Part shown: one piece after another, positions 44,361 to 53,464 of the stretch
Position numbering within the stretch: position 1 is the first letter of the stretch
How the letters are laid out: every line of letters starts with the position of its first letter
Source: a plasmid
Sequence record: NZ_CP020440.2
DNA: 64,000 nucleotides
Strand: one strand, 5' to 3'
The notes under the pieces: model-generated
Told to the model about the DNA's origin: nothing
Database searches by the model: none
What the model saw: the letters and a program-made list of their open reading frames with translations, nothing else
Position numbers and translations under genes: made by a program

Positions 44361-44903
44361 CTACCATTCGCCGCCGTCGTCAAAGCCCGCGTCTTCTTCC
44401 TCTTGCGGCTCTTCCTGGTCCTCGGCGGGGGCCGGTTCGGCGGCATTGGCTTCGCCCCCGAACATGCCCATCACGGCATTGCCCAGCAGGACGCCCCCCG
44501 CGACGCCCATCGCGGTCTGGGCCGCGCCGGCCAGAAAGCCGCCGCCCTGCCCGGGCATCGGCCGGCCGCCGCTTTGGAACGGGCCGCCCTGCGCGCCGCC
44601 ATAGGCCGGGGCGGGCTGGGGCCGGGCCTGCGCCGCCGGGGCACCGCCGCCGAACATGCGCGACAGAAAGCCGCCGCCCTGCTGGGCCTGCTGTTCCAGC
44701 TGCTCGATCCGGGCCTGCGCCGCGTTCAGCGCCTGTTCCTGCACGACGATGGTCTGGGCCATGAAATAAGGCGCGCCGGGCTGGCGGGCGATCTGGTCGC
44801 CGATGAAGCGCTCGGCCTCGGCGTCGCGAGGCGGCGCCTGCCGTTCGACCTGCGAGAGCTTGCCGAACAGCGTCTCGATGGCATGCCTGTCGTTCTGGTC
44901 CAT
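44361..44903 (-). CDS. DUF2076-family protein with a Gly/Gln-rich middle and an acidic C-terminal tail
   Basis: Start MDQNDRHAIETLFGKLSQVERQAPPRD (CAT 44901-44903). Low-complexity GGGFLSRMFGGG...QGGGFLAG region. Tail EDQEEPQEEEDAGFDDGGEW. Confidence 0.55.
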   Translation of the reverse strand: MDQNDRHAIETLFGKLSQVERQAPPRDAEAERFIGDQIARQPGAPYFMAQTIVVQEQALNAAQARIEQLEQQAQQGGGFLSRMFGGGAPAAQARPQPAPAYGGAQGGPFQSGGRPMPGQGGGFLAGAAQTAMGVAGGVLLGNAVMGMFGGEANAAEPAPAEDQEEPQEEEDAGFDDGGEW

Positions 44904-44946
44904 GTCTGTTTCCTTTTTCTTATGGGCCGGTTTTCTCAAAGGGCGG

Positions 44947-45672
44947 TCATTCCTCGCGCTGGCCGGTCAGGCTCAGCAGAAGCTGGAAGATGTTGACGAA
45001 GTTCAGGTACAGCGACAGCGCGCCCATCACCGCCAGCTTCTGGCGCGTCTCGTCGTCGTGGTGTTCGGCATATTGCAGCTTGATCGACTGGGTGTCCCAG
45101 GCGGTCAGGCCGACGAACACCAGGATCCCGATGATCGAGATCGCGAACTGCAGCGCCGACGAGCCCAGGAAGATGTTGATGATGCTGGCGATGATGACGC
45201 CGATCAGGCCCATGATCAGGAAGCTGCCGAACTGGCTGAGATCGCGGTTCGTGGTATAGCCGTAAAGGCTCATCGCGCCGAACATGGCGGCGGCGCCGAA
45301 GAAGGCCCGCGCGATCGAGGTGCCGGTGAAGACTAGGAAGACCGAGGCCAGCGAAAGGCCCATCACCGCGCAGAAGGCCCAGAACAGCGTCTGCGCCGTC
45401 GCGCCCGAAATCGCCTCGATGCGGAAGGACAGGAACATCACGAAGCCCAGCGGCGCCAGCATCACCAGCCATTTCAGCGGCGTGCCGAAGATCGGGACGT
45501 AAAGCGCGGGGACCGAGGCGACCATGACCGCGACCAGCCCGGTCAGCACCAGTCCCAAGCCCATGTAGTTGTAGATGCGCAGCATATGGGCGCGCAGCCC
45601 CTGGTCATAGGCAATGGCCTGCGTCCCGGCGGGGGCAAAACCGGCGCTGCGGCCTCGGGTGTCGTAATCCAT
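44947..45672 (-). CDS. Bax inhibitor-1 / YccA (TMBIM) family membrane protein
   Basis: 241 aa, 7 predicted TM segments, BI-1 family pattern (…RIYNYMGLGLVLTG… … C-terminal charged loop QYAEHHDDETRQKLAVMGALSLYLNFVNIF). Confidence 0.8.
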   Translation of the reverse strand: MDYDTRGRSAGFAPAGTQAIAYDQGLRAHMLRIYNYMGLGLVLTGLVAVMVASVPALYVPIFGTPLKWLVMLAPLGFVMFLSFRIEAISGATAQTLFWAFCAVMGLSLASVFLVFTGTSIARAFFGAAAMFGAMSLYGYTTNRDLSQFGSFLIMGLIGVIIASIINIFLGSSALQFAISIIGILVFVGLTAWDTQSIKLQYAEHHDDETRQKLAVMGALSLYLNFVNIFQLLLSLTGQREE

Positions 45673-45687
45673 GGGTGTCTCCTTTTT

Positions 45688-46464
45688 TCAGTAGAGAGTG
45701 GCGGACAGGCGGCGCGCGGTTGCCTCGAGCGTCTCGACGCCGCCGCGGTCGGCGATCAGGACATGCGCCGTCTCGCCGATCTGGAACCAGGCGACGCTGT
45801 CGCCGTGAAGGTCCTGGGCGTGGGGCATGGTGACGGCAAAGCTGCCGGTGCGGACCGCGAAATGGGTCACGCGCCCCAGGGTGCCGCTGTCAAAGACCAG
45901 TTCGATCCCAGGACCCTGGGGCGAGGGGAAGACCTGCGCGTCGCGCATCCGCCAACCCTCGTCGAAGCGGGGCAGCAGGATGCCGGTGGCGGCCCGCATC
46001 TCGGCCGCGTCAAGCTCGGGGCTTTGCGGCTGCGACCGCATGGGCAGGCGCACCAGCGCGGCGTCGCGCGCGGACAGCGCGGCCTGAACCACCGGGGGCA
46101 CGGGATGGGCCGCGACAAGCGGCGTCACCGACAGCGGCCCCAGCCCGGCATGGGCCAGCCAGCCCGCGACGACCAGGGCCGCGACCGGGACAAGCCGGAC
46201 AAGGCGGCGCAGCCGCCGGTCGCGCCGCATCGCGCGGTCCAGCCGGGCCGCCGCCATCCTGAGGCCCGCGGGCGGGGGCGAGGCAGGCGCCAGCGCCAGC
46301 CGCAGTTCGCGCCGCAGCCGGATGTCGTGCATGACCCGCGCAGCGTCCTGCGGATGGCGCGACAGGTGGTCCTCGACCCGCATGCGCTGCCAGTCGTCCA
46401 GCTGTTCGTCGACATAGGCGGTCAGGTCCAGATCCGAGACGGTGGTATCAGGGGCGGTCTGCAT
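45688..46464 (-). CDS. Anti-sigma factor (single-pass membrane; N-terminal anti-sigma domain, C-terminal periplasmic domain)
   Basis: 258 aa. N-terminal ...DLDLTAYVDEQLDDWQRMRVEDHLSRHPQDAARV... is anti-sigma-like. One TM (LVRLVPVAALVVAGWLAHA). Overlaps the 3' end of the sigma factor gene. Confidence 0.6.
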   Translation of the reverse strand: MQTAPDTTVSDLDLTAYVDEQLDDWQRMRVEDHLSRHPQDAARVMHDIRLRRELRLALAPASPPPAGLRMAAARLDRAMRRDRRLRRLVRLVPVAALVVAGWLAHAGLGPLSVTPLVAAHPVPPVVQAALSARDAALVRLPMRSQPQSPELDAAEMRAATGILLPRFDEGWRMRDAQVFPSPQGPGIELVFDSGTLGRVTHFAVRTGSFAVTMPHAQDLHGDSVAWFQIGETAHVLIADRGGVETLEATARRLSATLY

Positions 46465-46987
46465 CGCGTCCTCCGACCAGTTTCAGGGCAGGACCGTCGC
46501 CTTGGGCGGTCCCGCCGTCCTCGAATTCGCGCAGCCAGGCACGGGCGCGCGACACCCGCGACATCAGCGTGCCGACCGGCACGCCGGCCAGCGCCGCGGC
46601 CTCGGCATAGGTCAGCCCCTCGACCGCGACCAGGGTCAGGGCCTCGCGCTGTTCGTCGGGCAGCATCATCAAGGCCGCGCGCAGTTGCGACAGGCGCACG
46701 GCAGCATCCTGGGGCGCGTCCATGGACAGGGGGGCGTGGGCGGCCACCTCGGCTTCGCGCCGCGCCTCGGCCTTGCGCGAGCGGCTGCGGTCCAGAAAGG
46801 CGTTGCGCAGGATGGAAAACAGCCAGGACTGCAGGTTGCCGCCCGGCCGAAAGCTGCGCCGTCCTTCGTGCCCGCGCAGCAGCGCCTCCTGCACCAGGTC
46901 GTCGGCATCGGCCTGGTTGCGGGTCAGCGCCAGGGCATATCGCCGCAGGGCGGGCATCTGGGCCTGTATGGGTGCATCATCATCCAT
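46448..46987 (-). CDS. ECF (sigma-70 family, sigma-24) RNA polymerase sigma factor
   Basis: Start MDDDAPIQAQMPALRRYALALTRNQADADDLVQEALLRG (region 2). C-terminal region 4 ...LTYAEAAALAGVPVGTLMSRVSRAR.... Start codon choice uncertain (alternatives upstream). Confidence 0.8.
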   Translation of the reverse strand: MDDDAPIQAQMPALRRYALALTRNQADADDLVQEALLRGHEGRRSFRPGGNLQSWLFSILRNAFLDRSRSRKAEARREAEVAAHAPLSMDAPQDAAVRLSQLRAALMMLPDEQREALTLVAVEGLTYAEAAALAGVPVGTLMSRVSRARAWLREFEDGGTAQGDGPALKLVGGRDADRP

Positions 46988-47292
46988 TGCAACAGATATA
47001 CGACGCCGAACCCGAAGACCTTGCATCGCACCGGCAAAAAAATGGCGCCCGCCGACGCGCTGCGGGAACATGCCGTCGCGTCAAGCTTTTTTCGCCGGAC
47101 GGCCGCCACGTCACGGCGGCCGATCGCCGCAAAGCCGGCCCCCGAACGGGCTTGTGCGACGAAAAAAATCCGGCCATCCTTGCCGTCGAAGCGGGGGGTC
47201 ACAGGCCATGACCGGCGCCCGTTTCGAAGCAGCGTTCCCACCCAACGGGCCCCGTCCCCGCGGCAGAAGGAGCGCACCAGGGGAGGAATAAA

Positions 47293-48492
47293 ATGCGAAA
47301 GTTTCTGCTGTCGACCGTTGCGGTCGGCTTGTCTGTCACGCCTGCGCTGGCCGAGGTTTCGGACGGCAAGGTCAAGATCGGCATCCTGAACGACCAGTCC
47401 GGCGTCTATGCCGACTTCGGCGGCAAGTCGTCCTATCAGGCCGCGCTGATGGCGGTCGAGGATTTCGGCGGCAAGGTCCTGGACGCGCCCATCGAGGTCG
47501 TGACCGCCGACCACCAGAACAAGGCCGACATCGCCTCGAACATCGCGCGGCAATGGTATGACACCGAACAGGTCGACAGCATCATGGAGCTGACCACCTC
47601 GTCCGTGGGTCTGGCGGTGCAGGCGCTGTCGCTGGAAAAGAAGAAGATCACCATCAACACCGGCGCCGCGACGACCGAACTGACCGGCGCGCAATGTTCG
47701 CCCTATGGTTTCCACTGGGCCTATGACACGCATATGCTGGCGGTGGGCACCGGCGGCGCGCTGGTCAAGGCGGGCGGCGACAGCTGGTTCTTCCTGACGG
47801 CGGACTACGCCTTCGGCTATTCGCTCGAGGAACAGACCTCGAACCTGGTCAAGGCCCAGGGCGGCACCGTGGTGGGCGCGGTGCGTCACCCGCTGGCGAC
47901 GACGGATTTCTCGTCCTTCCTGCTGCAGGCGCAAAGCTCGGGGGCCAAGGTCATCGGCCTGGCCAACGCCGGCATGGACACCCAGAACGCGATCAAGCAG
48001 GCGTCCGAATTCGGCATCACCCAGGGCGGGCAGAAGCTTGCCGCGCTGCTGTTCACCCTGGCCGAGGTGCATGGCCTGGGGCTTGATGCCGCGCAGGGGC
48101 TGAACCTGACGGAAAGCTTCTACTGGAACCGGGACGAGCCATCGCGCAAGTTCGCCGAGCGCTTCAAGGAACGGGCCGGCGTGATGCCGAACATGGTCCA
48201 CGCCGGGACCTATTCCGCCGTGACCCAGTATCTGAAGGCCATCGAGGCCGCCGGCACGGATGAAACCGAGGCCGTCGCCGCCAAGCTGCACGAGATGCCG
48301 GTGGACGATGTCTTTGCCCAGGGCGGCAAGGTCGGCGCCAATGGCCGCCTGATCAAGGATGTCTACCTGATGGAGGTCAAGAAGCCCGACGAGGTGACCG
48401 AGGACTGGGATTATTATCGCATCGTCGCGACCATCCCCGGCGCCGAGGCCTTTGCCGACCCGGCCGAAAGCGGCTGCCTGCTGGTCAAGTGA
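47293..48492 (+). CDS. HAAT-family (LivK/Peripla_BP_6) ABC transporter substrate-binding protein
   Basis: 399 aa with signal peptide (MRKFLLSTVAVGLSVTPALA). Branched-chain amino acid / amide / urea binding protein fold. Confidence 0.75.
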   Translation: MRKFLLSTVAVGLSVTPALAEVSDGKVKIGILNDQSGVYADFGGKSSYQAALMAVEDFGGKVLDAPIEVVTADHQNKADIASNIARQWYDTEQVDSIMELTTSSVGLAVQALSLEKKKITINTGAATTELTGAQCSPYGFHWAYDTHMLAVGTGGALVKAGGDSWFFLTADYAFGYSLEEQTSNLVKAQGGTVVGAVRHPLATTDFSSFLLQAQSSGAKVIGLANAGMDTQNAIKQASEFGITQGGQKLAALLFTLAEVHGLGLDAAQGLNLTESFYWNRDEPSRKFAERFKERAGVMPNMVHAGTYSAVTQYLKAIEAAGTDETEAVAAKLHEMPVDDVFAQGGKVGANGRLIKDVYLMEVKKPDEVTEDWDYYRIVATIPGAEAFADPAESGCLLVK

Positions 48493-49265
48493 TGGCAACC
48501 CCTGCCCCGCAGGCCGAACCGCGGGTGGTCCTGTCCGCCCGCGGTCTTGGCAAGGATTTCGCCGGCTTCACCGCCGTGAACGACGTCGACCTGGATGTGG
48601 AACATGCCCGCATCCATGCGCTGATCGGGCCCAATGGCGCCGGCAAGACCACGGTCTTCAACCTTTTGACCAAGTTCCTGCAACCGACCCGGGGCCGGAT
48701 CACGCTGCTGGGGCACGACATCACCCGCGAGCGGCCCGACAAGGTAGCGCGGATGGGGCTGGTGCGCAGCTTCCAGATCTCGGCGGTGTTTCCGCACCTG
48801 ACGGTGCTGGAAAACGTCCGCGTCGCGCTGCAACGGCCTGCCGGGCTTGCGGTCCAGTTCTGGCTGCCGCTCTCGTCGCTCGACCGGCTGAACGACCGGG
48901 CCGAGGCGCTGATCGAAAGCCTTGGCATCGCGCAATACCGCGACCACCGCGCGGCCGACCTGTCCTATGGCAGGAAACGCGTGCTGGAGATCGCCACCAC
49001 CCTGGCGCTGGACCCGCAGGTCCTGCTGCTGGACGAGCCGATGGCCGGCATGGGCCAGGAGGACGTGCGCATGGTGGCCGAGATCATCCGCGAGGTCGCC
49101 CGCACCCGCGCCGTGCTGATGGTCGAACACAACTTGAACGTGGTCGCCGACATCTGCGACCATGTCACCGTGCTGCAAAGGGGCGAGATCATCGCGCGCG
49201 GCGATTATGCCACCGTGGCCGCCGATCCGCGCGTCCGCACCGCCTATATGGGGACCGACGCATGA
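48489..49265 (+). CDS. ABC transporter ATP-binding protein (LivG-like)
   Basis: Walker A GPNGAGKTT and LSYGRKRVLEIATTL. GTG 48489 / ATG 48492 start. Confidence 0.8.
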   Translation: MMATPAPQAEPRVVLSARGLGKDFAGFTAVNDVDLDVEHARIHALIGPNGAGKTTVFNLLTKFLQPTRGRITLLGHDITRERPDKVARMGLVRSFQISAVFPHLTVLENVRVALQRPAGLAVQFWLPLSSLDRLNDRAEALIESLGIAQYRDHRAADLSYGRKRVLEIATTLALDPQVLLLDEPMAGMGQEDVRMVAEIIREVARTRAVLMVEHNLNVVADICDHVTVLQRGEIIARGDYATVAADPRVRTAYMGTDA

Positions 49266-49966
49266 GCGCGCCGCTGCTCGAGGTCCGCGACCTCAACGCC
49301 TGGTACGGCGAAAGCCACGTCCTGCACGGCGTGAACCTGCATGTCGACCAGGGCGAGACGATCTGCGTCCTGGGCCGCAACGGCATGGGCAAGACCACGA
49401 CCCTGCGCGCGATCATGGGCATCCTGCGCAAGCGCAGCGGAACCATCCGCTTCGACGGGCGCGACCTGATGGCGATGCCGCTGCACGGCGTCGCCCGCGC
49501 GGGCCTGGGCTTCGTCCCCGAGGAACGCGGCATCTTCGCCACCCTCTCGGTCGAGGAAAACCTGATGCTGCCCCCGCGCGTCGCCGATGGCGGCATGTCG
49601 GTCCAGGAGATCTATGCGCTGTTCCCGAACCTCCAGGAACGCCGGAACAGCCCCGGCACCAAGCTGTCGGGGGGCGAACAGCAGATGCTGGCCATGGCCC
49701 GCATCCTGCGCACCGGGGCCCGCTGCCTTTTGCTCGACGAGCCGACCGAGGGTCTGGCCCCGGTCATCATCCAGGCCATCGGCGAGGTTCTGGTCCAGCT
49801 CAAGGCGCGCGGCATGACCGTCGTGCTGGTCGAACAGAACTTCCGCTTCGCCTCGAAGGTCGCGGATCGGTTCTACCTGATGGACCATGGCGTCATGACG
49901 GCCGAGTTCCCGACCGCCGACCTGCCGCAAAGGATGGACGCATTGCACCAGGTTCTGGGGGTATGA
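49262..49966 (+). CDS. ABC transporter ATP-binding protein (LivF-like)
   Basis: Start MSAPLLEVRDLNAWYG (ATG 49262). Walker A GRNGMGKTT and LSGGEQQMLAMARIL. Confidence 0.8.
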   Translation: MSAPLLEVRDLNAWYGESHVLHGVNLHVDQGETICVLGRNGMGKTTTLRAIMGILRKRSGTIRFDGRDLMAMPLHGVARAGLGFVPEERGIFATLSVEENLMLPPRVADGGMSVQEIYALFPNLQERRNSPGTKLSGGEQQMLAMARILRTGARCLLLDEPTEGLAPVIIQAIGEVLVQLKARGMTVVLVEQNFRFASKVADRFYLMDHGVMTAEFPTADLPQRMDALHQVLGV

Positions 49967-49967
49967 C

Positions 49968-50855
49968 ATGACCATGATCTTTGGCGTGCCGGTCCAGGCC
50001 CTGATGGGGCAACTGCTGGTCGGGCTGATCAACGGCAGCTTCTATGCGCTGCTGTCGCTGGGGCTGGCGGTGATCTTCGGCCTGTTGCGCGTCATCAACT
50101 TTGCCCATGGCGCGCAATACATGCTGGGCGCCTTCACCGCGCTTCTGCTGCTGACGGTGGGCGGCGTGAACTACTGGTTCGCGCTGATCCTCGCGCCGGT
50201 CATCGTGGGCCTGTTCGGCGCGGTGATCGAACGCACCATGCTGTCGCGGCTTTACAAGCTGGACCACCTTTACGGTCTCTTGTTCACCTTCGGCCTGGCG
50301 CTGGCGATCGAGGGCACCTTCCGCTATTTCTACGGCGCCTCGGGCAAGCCCTATGCGCCGCCGTCGCAACTGACGGGGGCGGTGAACCTGGGGTTCATGT
50401 TCCTGCCGATCTATCGCGGCTGGGTGGTCGTCGCCTCTCTGGCGGTCTGCATCGCGGTCTGGCTCTTGATCGAGAAGACCAAGCTGGGTTCCTATCTGCG
50501 CGCGGCGACCGAGAACCCGGTGCTGGTGCAGGCTTTCGGCGTCAACGTGCCCCTGCTGCTGACGCTGACCTATGCGCTGGGGGCGGGGCTTGCGGGCTTT
50601 GCCGGGGTGCTGGCCGCGCCGGTCTATCAGGTCAGCCCGCTGATGGGATCGAACCTCATCATCATCGTCTTTGCCGTGGTCGTCGTCGGCGGCATGGGCT
50701 CGATCCTGGGGGCCATCGTCACCGGCTATCTCCTGGGCGTAATCGAGGGGCTGACCAAGGTCTTCTACCCCGAGGCCTCGAACATCGTGATCTTCGTCAT
50801 CATGGCGATCGTGCTGATCCTGCGGCCGGCCGGCCTTTTCGGAAAGGATGCCTGA
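49968..50855 (+). CDS. ABC transporter permease (LivH-like)
   Basis: 295 aa MTMIFGVPVQALMGQLLVGLINGSFYAL..., branched-chain amino acid permease family. Confidence 0.8.
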   Translation: MTMIFGVPVQALMGQLLVGLINGSFYALLSLGLAVIFGLLRVINFAHGAQYMLGAFTALLLLTVGGVNYWFALILAPVIVGLFGAVIERTMLSRLYKLDHLYGLLFTFGLALAIEGTFRYFYGASGKPYAPPSQLTGAVNLGFMFLPIYRGWVVVASLAVCIAVWLLIEKTKLGSYLRAATENPVLVQAFGVNVPLLLTLTYALGAGLAGFAGVLAAPVYQVSPLMGSNLIIIVFAVVVVGGMGSILGAIVTGYLLGVIEGLTKVFYPEASNIVIFVIMAIVLILRPAGLFGKDA

Positions 50856-51855
50856 CATGTCCGCGAAATCCGACGCGCCCGCCGGCGAACACATCCCCGC
50901 CCACCCGCATGCCGGCCGCTTCCAGCTTGCCCTGCTGGCCCTGGGGCTGGTCCTGCTGCTGGTTGCGCCGCAGTTCCTGTATCCCGTCTTCCTGATGAAG
51001 CTTCTGTGCTTTGCGCTCTTTGCCTCGGCGTTCAACCTGCTCCTGGGCTACACCGGGCTTCTGAGCTTTGGCCATGCGGCCTTCTTCGGGGGCGCGGCCT
51101 ATTTCACCGCGCATGCGGTGAAGGAATGGGGCTGGCCGCCCGAGGCCGGCATCTTGCTGGGCGTCGCCGGCGCGGCCCTGCTGGGGCTGGTGATGGGCGC
51201 CATCGCCATCCGCCGCCAGGGCATCTATTTCGCCATGATCACGCTGGCGCTAGCGCAGATGTTCTTCTTCTTCTGCCTGCAGGCCGGCTTCACCCATGGC
51301 GAGGACGGCATCCAGTCGGTCCCGCGCGGGCACCTGTTCGGCCTGATCGACCTGGGCCAGACCATGAACATGTATTACTTCGTCCTGGCGGTCTTCGCCC
51401 TGGGGCTGCTGGTGATCTGGCGCTTCGTGAACTCGCCCTTCGGCATGATCCTGAAGTCGATCCGGGAAAACGAACAGCGTGCCATATCGCTGGGCTATTC
51501 GGTCGCGCGCTACAAGCTGGGCGCCTTCGTCATGTCGGCGGCGCTGGCCGGGCTGGCCGGGGGCCTCAAGGCGCTGGTCTTTCAGTTCGCGACCCTGACC
51601 GACGTGGGCTGGCAGATGTCGGGCGAGGTCATCCTGATGACGCTCTTGGGCGGCATCGGCACGCTGGCCGGGCCGGTCTTCGGGGCGGGGCTGGTCGTCA
51701 CCTTGCAGAACTACCTGGCAACCTCGGACTTTCCCGTCACCATCATCACCGGCCTCGTCTTCATGGTCTGCGTGCTGCTGTTCCGCCGCGGGCTGGTCGG
51801 AGAGTTCTTCGCCTCGCGCCTGGGCCAGCGGCTGGGCTTCCGGTCCGAATCCTGA
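50848..51855 (+). CDS. ABC transporter permease (LivM-like)
   Basis: 335 aa. Start ATG 50848 (alternative 50857). Hydrophobic LivM-type permease. Confidence 0.75.
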   Translation: MPDMSAKSDAPAGEHIPAHPHAGRFQLALLALGLVLLLVAPQFLYPVFLMKLLCFALFASAFNLLLGYTGLLSFGHAAFFGGAAYFTAHAVKEWGWPPEAGILLGVAGAALLGLVMGAIAIRRQGIYFAMITLALAQMFFFFCLQAGFTHGEDGIQSVPRGHLFGLIDLGQTMNMYYFVLAVFALGLLVIWRFVNSPFGMILKSIRENEQRAISLGYSVARYKLGAFVMSAALAGLAGGLKALVFQFATLTDVGWQMSGEVILMTLLGGIGTLAGPVFGAGLVVTLQNYLATSDFPVTIITGLVFMVCVLLFRRGLVGEFFASRLGQRLGFRSES

Positions 51856-53450
51856 TGCAGGGCGCGGATTACATCGTCATCGGTGCGGGCAGCGCGGGCT
51901 GCGTGCTGGCCAACCGCCTGTCCGCCGATCCGCGCCACCGCGTCCTGCTGGTCGAGGCCGGGGGTCGCGACAATTATCACTGGATCCACATTCCGGTCGG
52001 CTATCTCTATTGCATCGGTAATCCGCGCACGGACTGGCTGTTTCGCACCGAGGCCGAGCCGGGGCTGAACGGCCGGTCGCTGCTTTACCCGCGCGGCCGG
52101 GTTCTGGGCGGCTGTTCGTCGATCAACGGCATGATCTATATGCGCGGCCAGGCGGCGGATTACGACCATTGGCGGCAGATGGGCTGCACCGGCTGGGGCT
52201 GGGACGATGTGCTGCCGCTGTTCCGCGCGCAAGAGGATTTCTATCGCGGCGCCGACGACATGCACGGCGCGGGCGGCGAATTGCGGGTCGAAACGGCCCG
52301 TGTCCGCTGGGCGGTGCTCGACGCCTTCATGGAAGCGGCCGAACAGGCCGGCATCCCGCGCACGCCCGATTTCAACCGTGGCGACAACGAGGGCAGCGGC
52401 TATTTCGACGTGACCCAGCGCCGGGGCTGGCGCTGGTCGGCGGTCAAGGCGTTCCTGCGCCCCGCCCTGTCGCGCCCGAACCTGACGGTGCTGACCGGGG
52501 CCGAGGTCGAGCGCCTGCTGATCGAAGGGGGCGAGGTCCGAGGCGCCGTCATCCACCACAAGGGCCAGCGGCAGGAAATCCGGGCGGCGCGCGAAACCGT
52601 GCTGTCGGCGGGGGCCATCGGCTCGGTCCAGATCCTGGAACGCTCGGGCATCGGCCGGGGCGAGGTTCTGCAGGCTGCGGGCATCGCTCCCCTGGCCGAG
52701 GTGCCGGACGTGGGCGAGAACCTGCAGGACCATCTGCAACTGCGGCTGGTCTACAAGGTCAGGGGCGTGCCCACGCTGAACGAAAAGGCATCGCGTCTGA
52801 TGGGCAAGGCGGCCATCGGGCTGGAATACCTGCTGAAACGGTCGGGCCCCATGGCGATGGCGCCCAGCCAGGTCGGCATCTTTACCCGCTCGGGTCCCGA
52901 CAAGGCGACGGCGGATCTGGAATATCACGTCCAGCCCGTCAGCCTGGACAAGTTCGGCGAGCCGGTGCACCCCTTTCCGGCGATGACCGCCAGCGTCTGC
53001 AACCTGCGCCCCGAAAGCCGCGGCTCGGTCCATGTGACCGGCGCCGATTTCCGCGCCCCGCCGGCGATCCGGCCGAACTACCTGTCCACCCTCGGCGACC
53101 GCGCGGTCGCGGTGCGCGCCATCCGCCTGACCCGCAAGATCGCGGCGCAGCCCGCGTTCGCCCGCTTCGACCCCGAGGAGCATTTGCCCGGCATCGCCTT
53201 CCAGACCGAGGCGGACCTGGAAAAGGCGGCGGGCGCCATCGGCACGACGATCTTTCACCCGGTCGGCACCTGCCGCATGGGCACGGACGATGGCGCGGTG
53301 GTCGATCCCCGGCTGCGGTTGCGGGCGCTGGGGCGGCTGCGCATCGCCGATGCCTCGGTCATGCCGGCGATCACCAGCGGGAACACCAACGCCCCCGTGA
53401 TGATGATCGCCGAAAAGGCCGCGCGCATGATCCTCGAGGACGCGCGCTAG
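51855..53450 (+). CDS. GMC-family FAD-dependent oxidoreductase (choline/alcohol dehydrogenase-like)
   Basis: Start MQGADYIVIGAGSAGCVLANRLSADPRHRVLLVEAGG (ATG 51855, overlapping the permease stop by 1 nt). GMC N- and C-terminal signatures (…GGCSSINGMIYMRG…, …HPVGTCRMG…). Confidence 0.85.
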   Translation: MQGADYIVIGAGSAGCVLANRLSADPRHRVLLVEAGGRDNYHWIHIPVGYLYCIGNPRTDWLFRTEAEPGLNGRSLLYPRGRVLGGCSSINGMIYMRGQAADYDHWRQMGCTGWGWDDVLPLFRAQEDFYRGADDMHGAGGELRVETARVRWAVLDAFMEAAEQAGIPRTPDFNRGDNEGSGYFDVTQRRGWRWSAVKAFLRPALSRPNLTVLTGAEVERLLIEGGEVRGAVIHHKGQRQEIRAARETVLSAGAIGSVQILERSGIGRGEVLQAAGIAPLAEVPDVGENLQDHLQLRLVYKVRGVPTLNEKASRLMGKAAIGLEYLLKRSGPMAMAPSQVGIFTRSGPDKATADLEYHVQPVSLDKFGEPVHPFPAMTASVCNLRPESRGSVHVTGADFRAPPAIRPNYLSTLGDRAVAVRAIRLTRKIAAQPAFARFDPEEHLPGIAFQTEADLEKAAGAIGTTIFHPVGTCRMGTDDGAVVDPRLRLRALGRLRIADASVMPAITSGNTNAPVMMIAEKAARMILEDAR

Positions 53451-53464
53451 CCAGCGGCCGGGCC

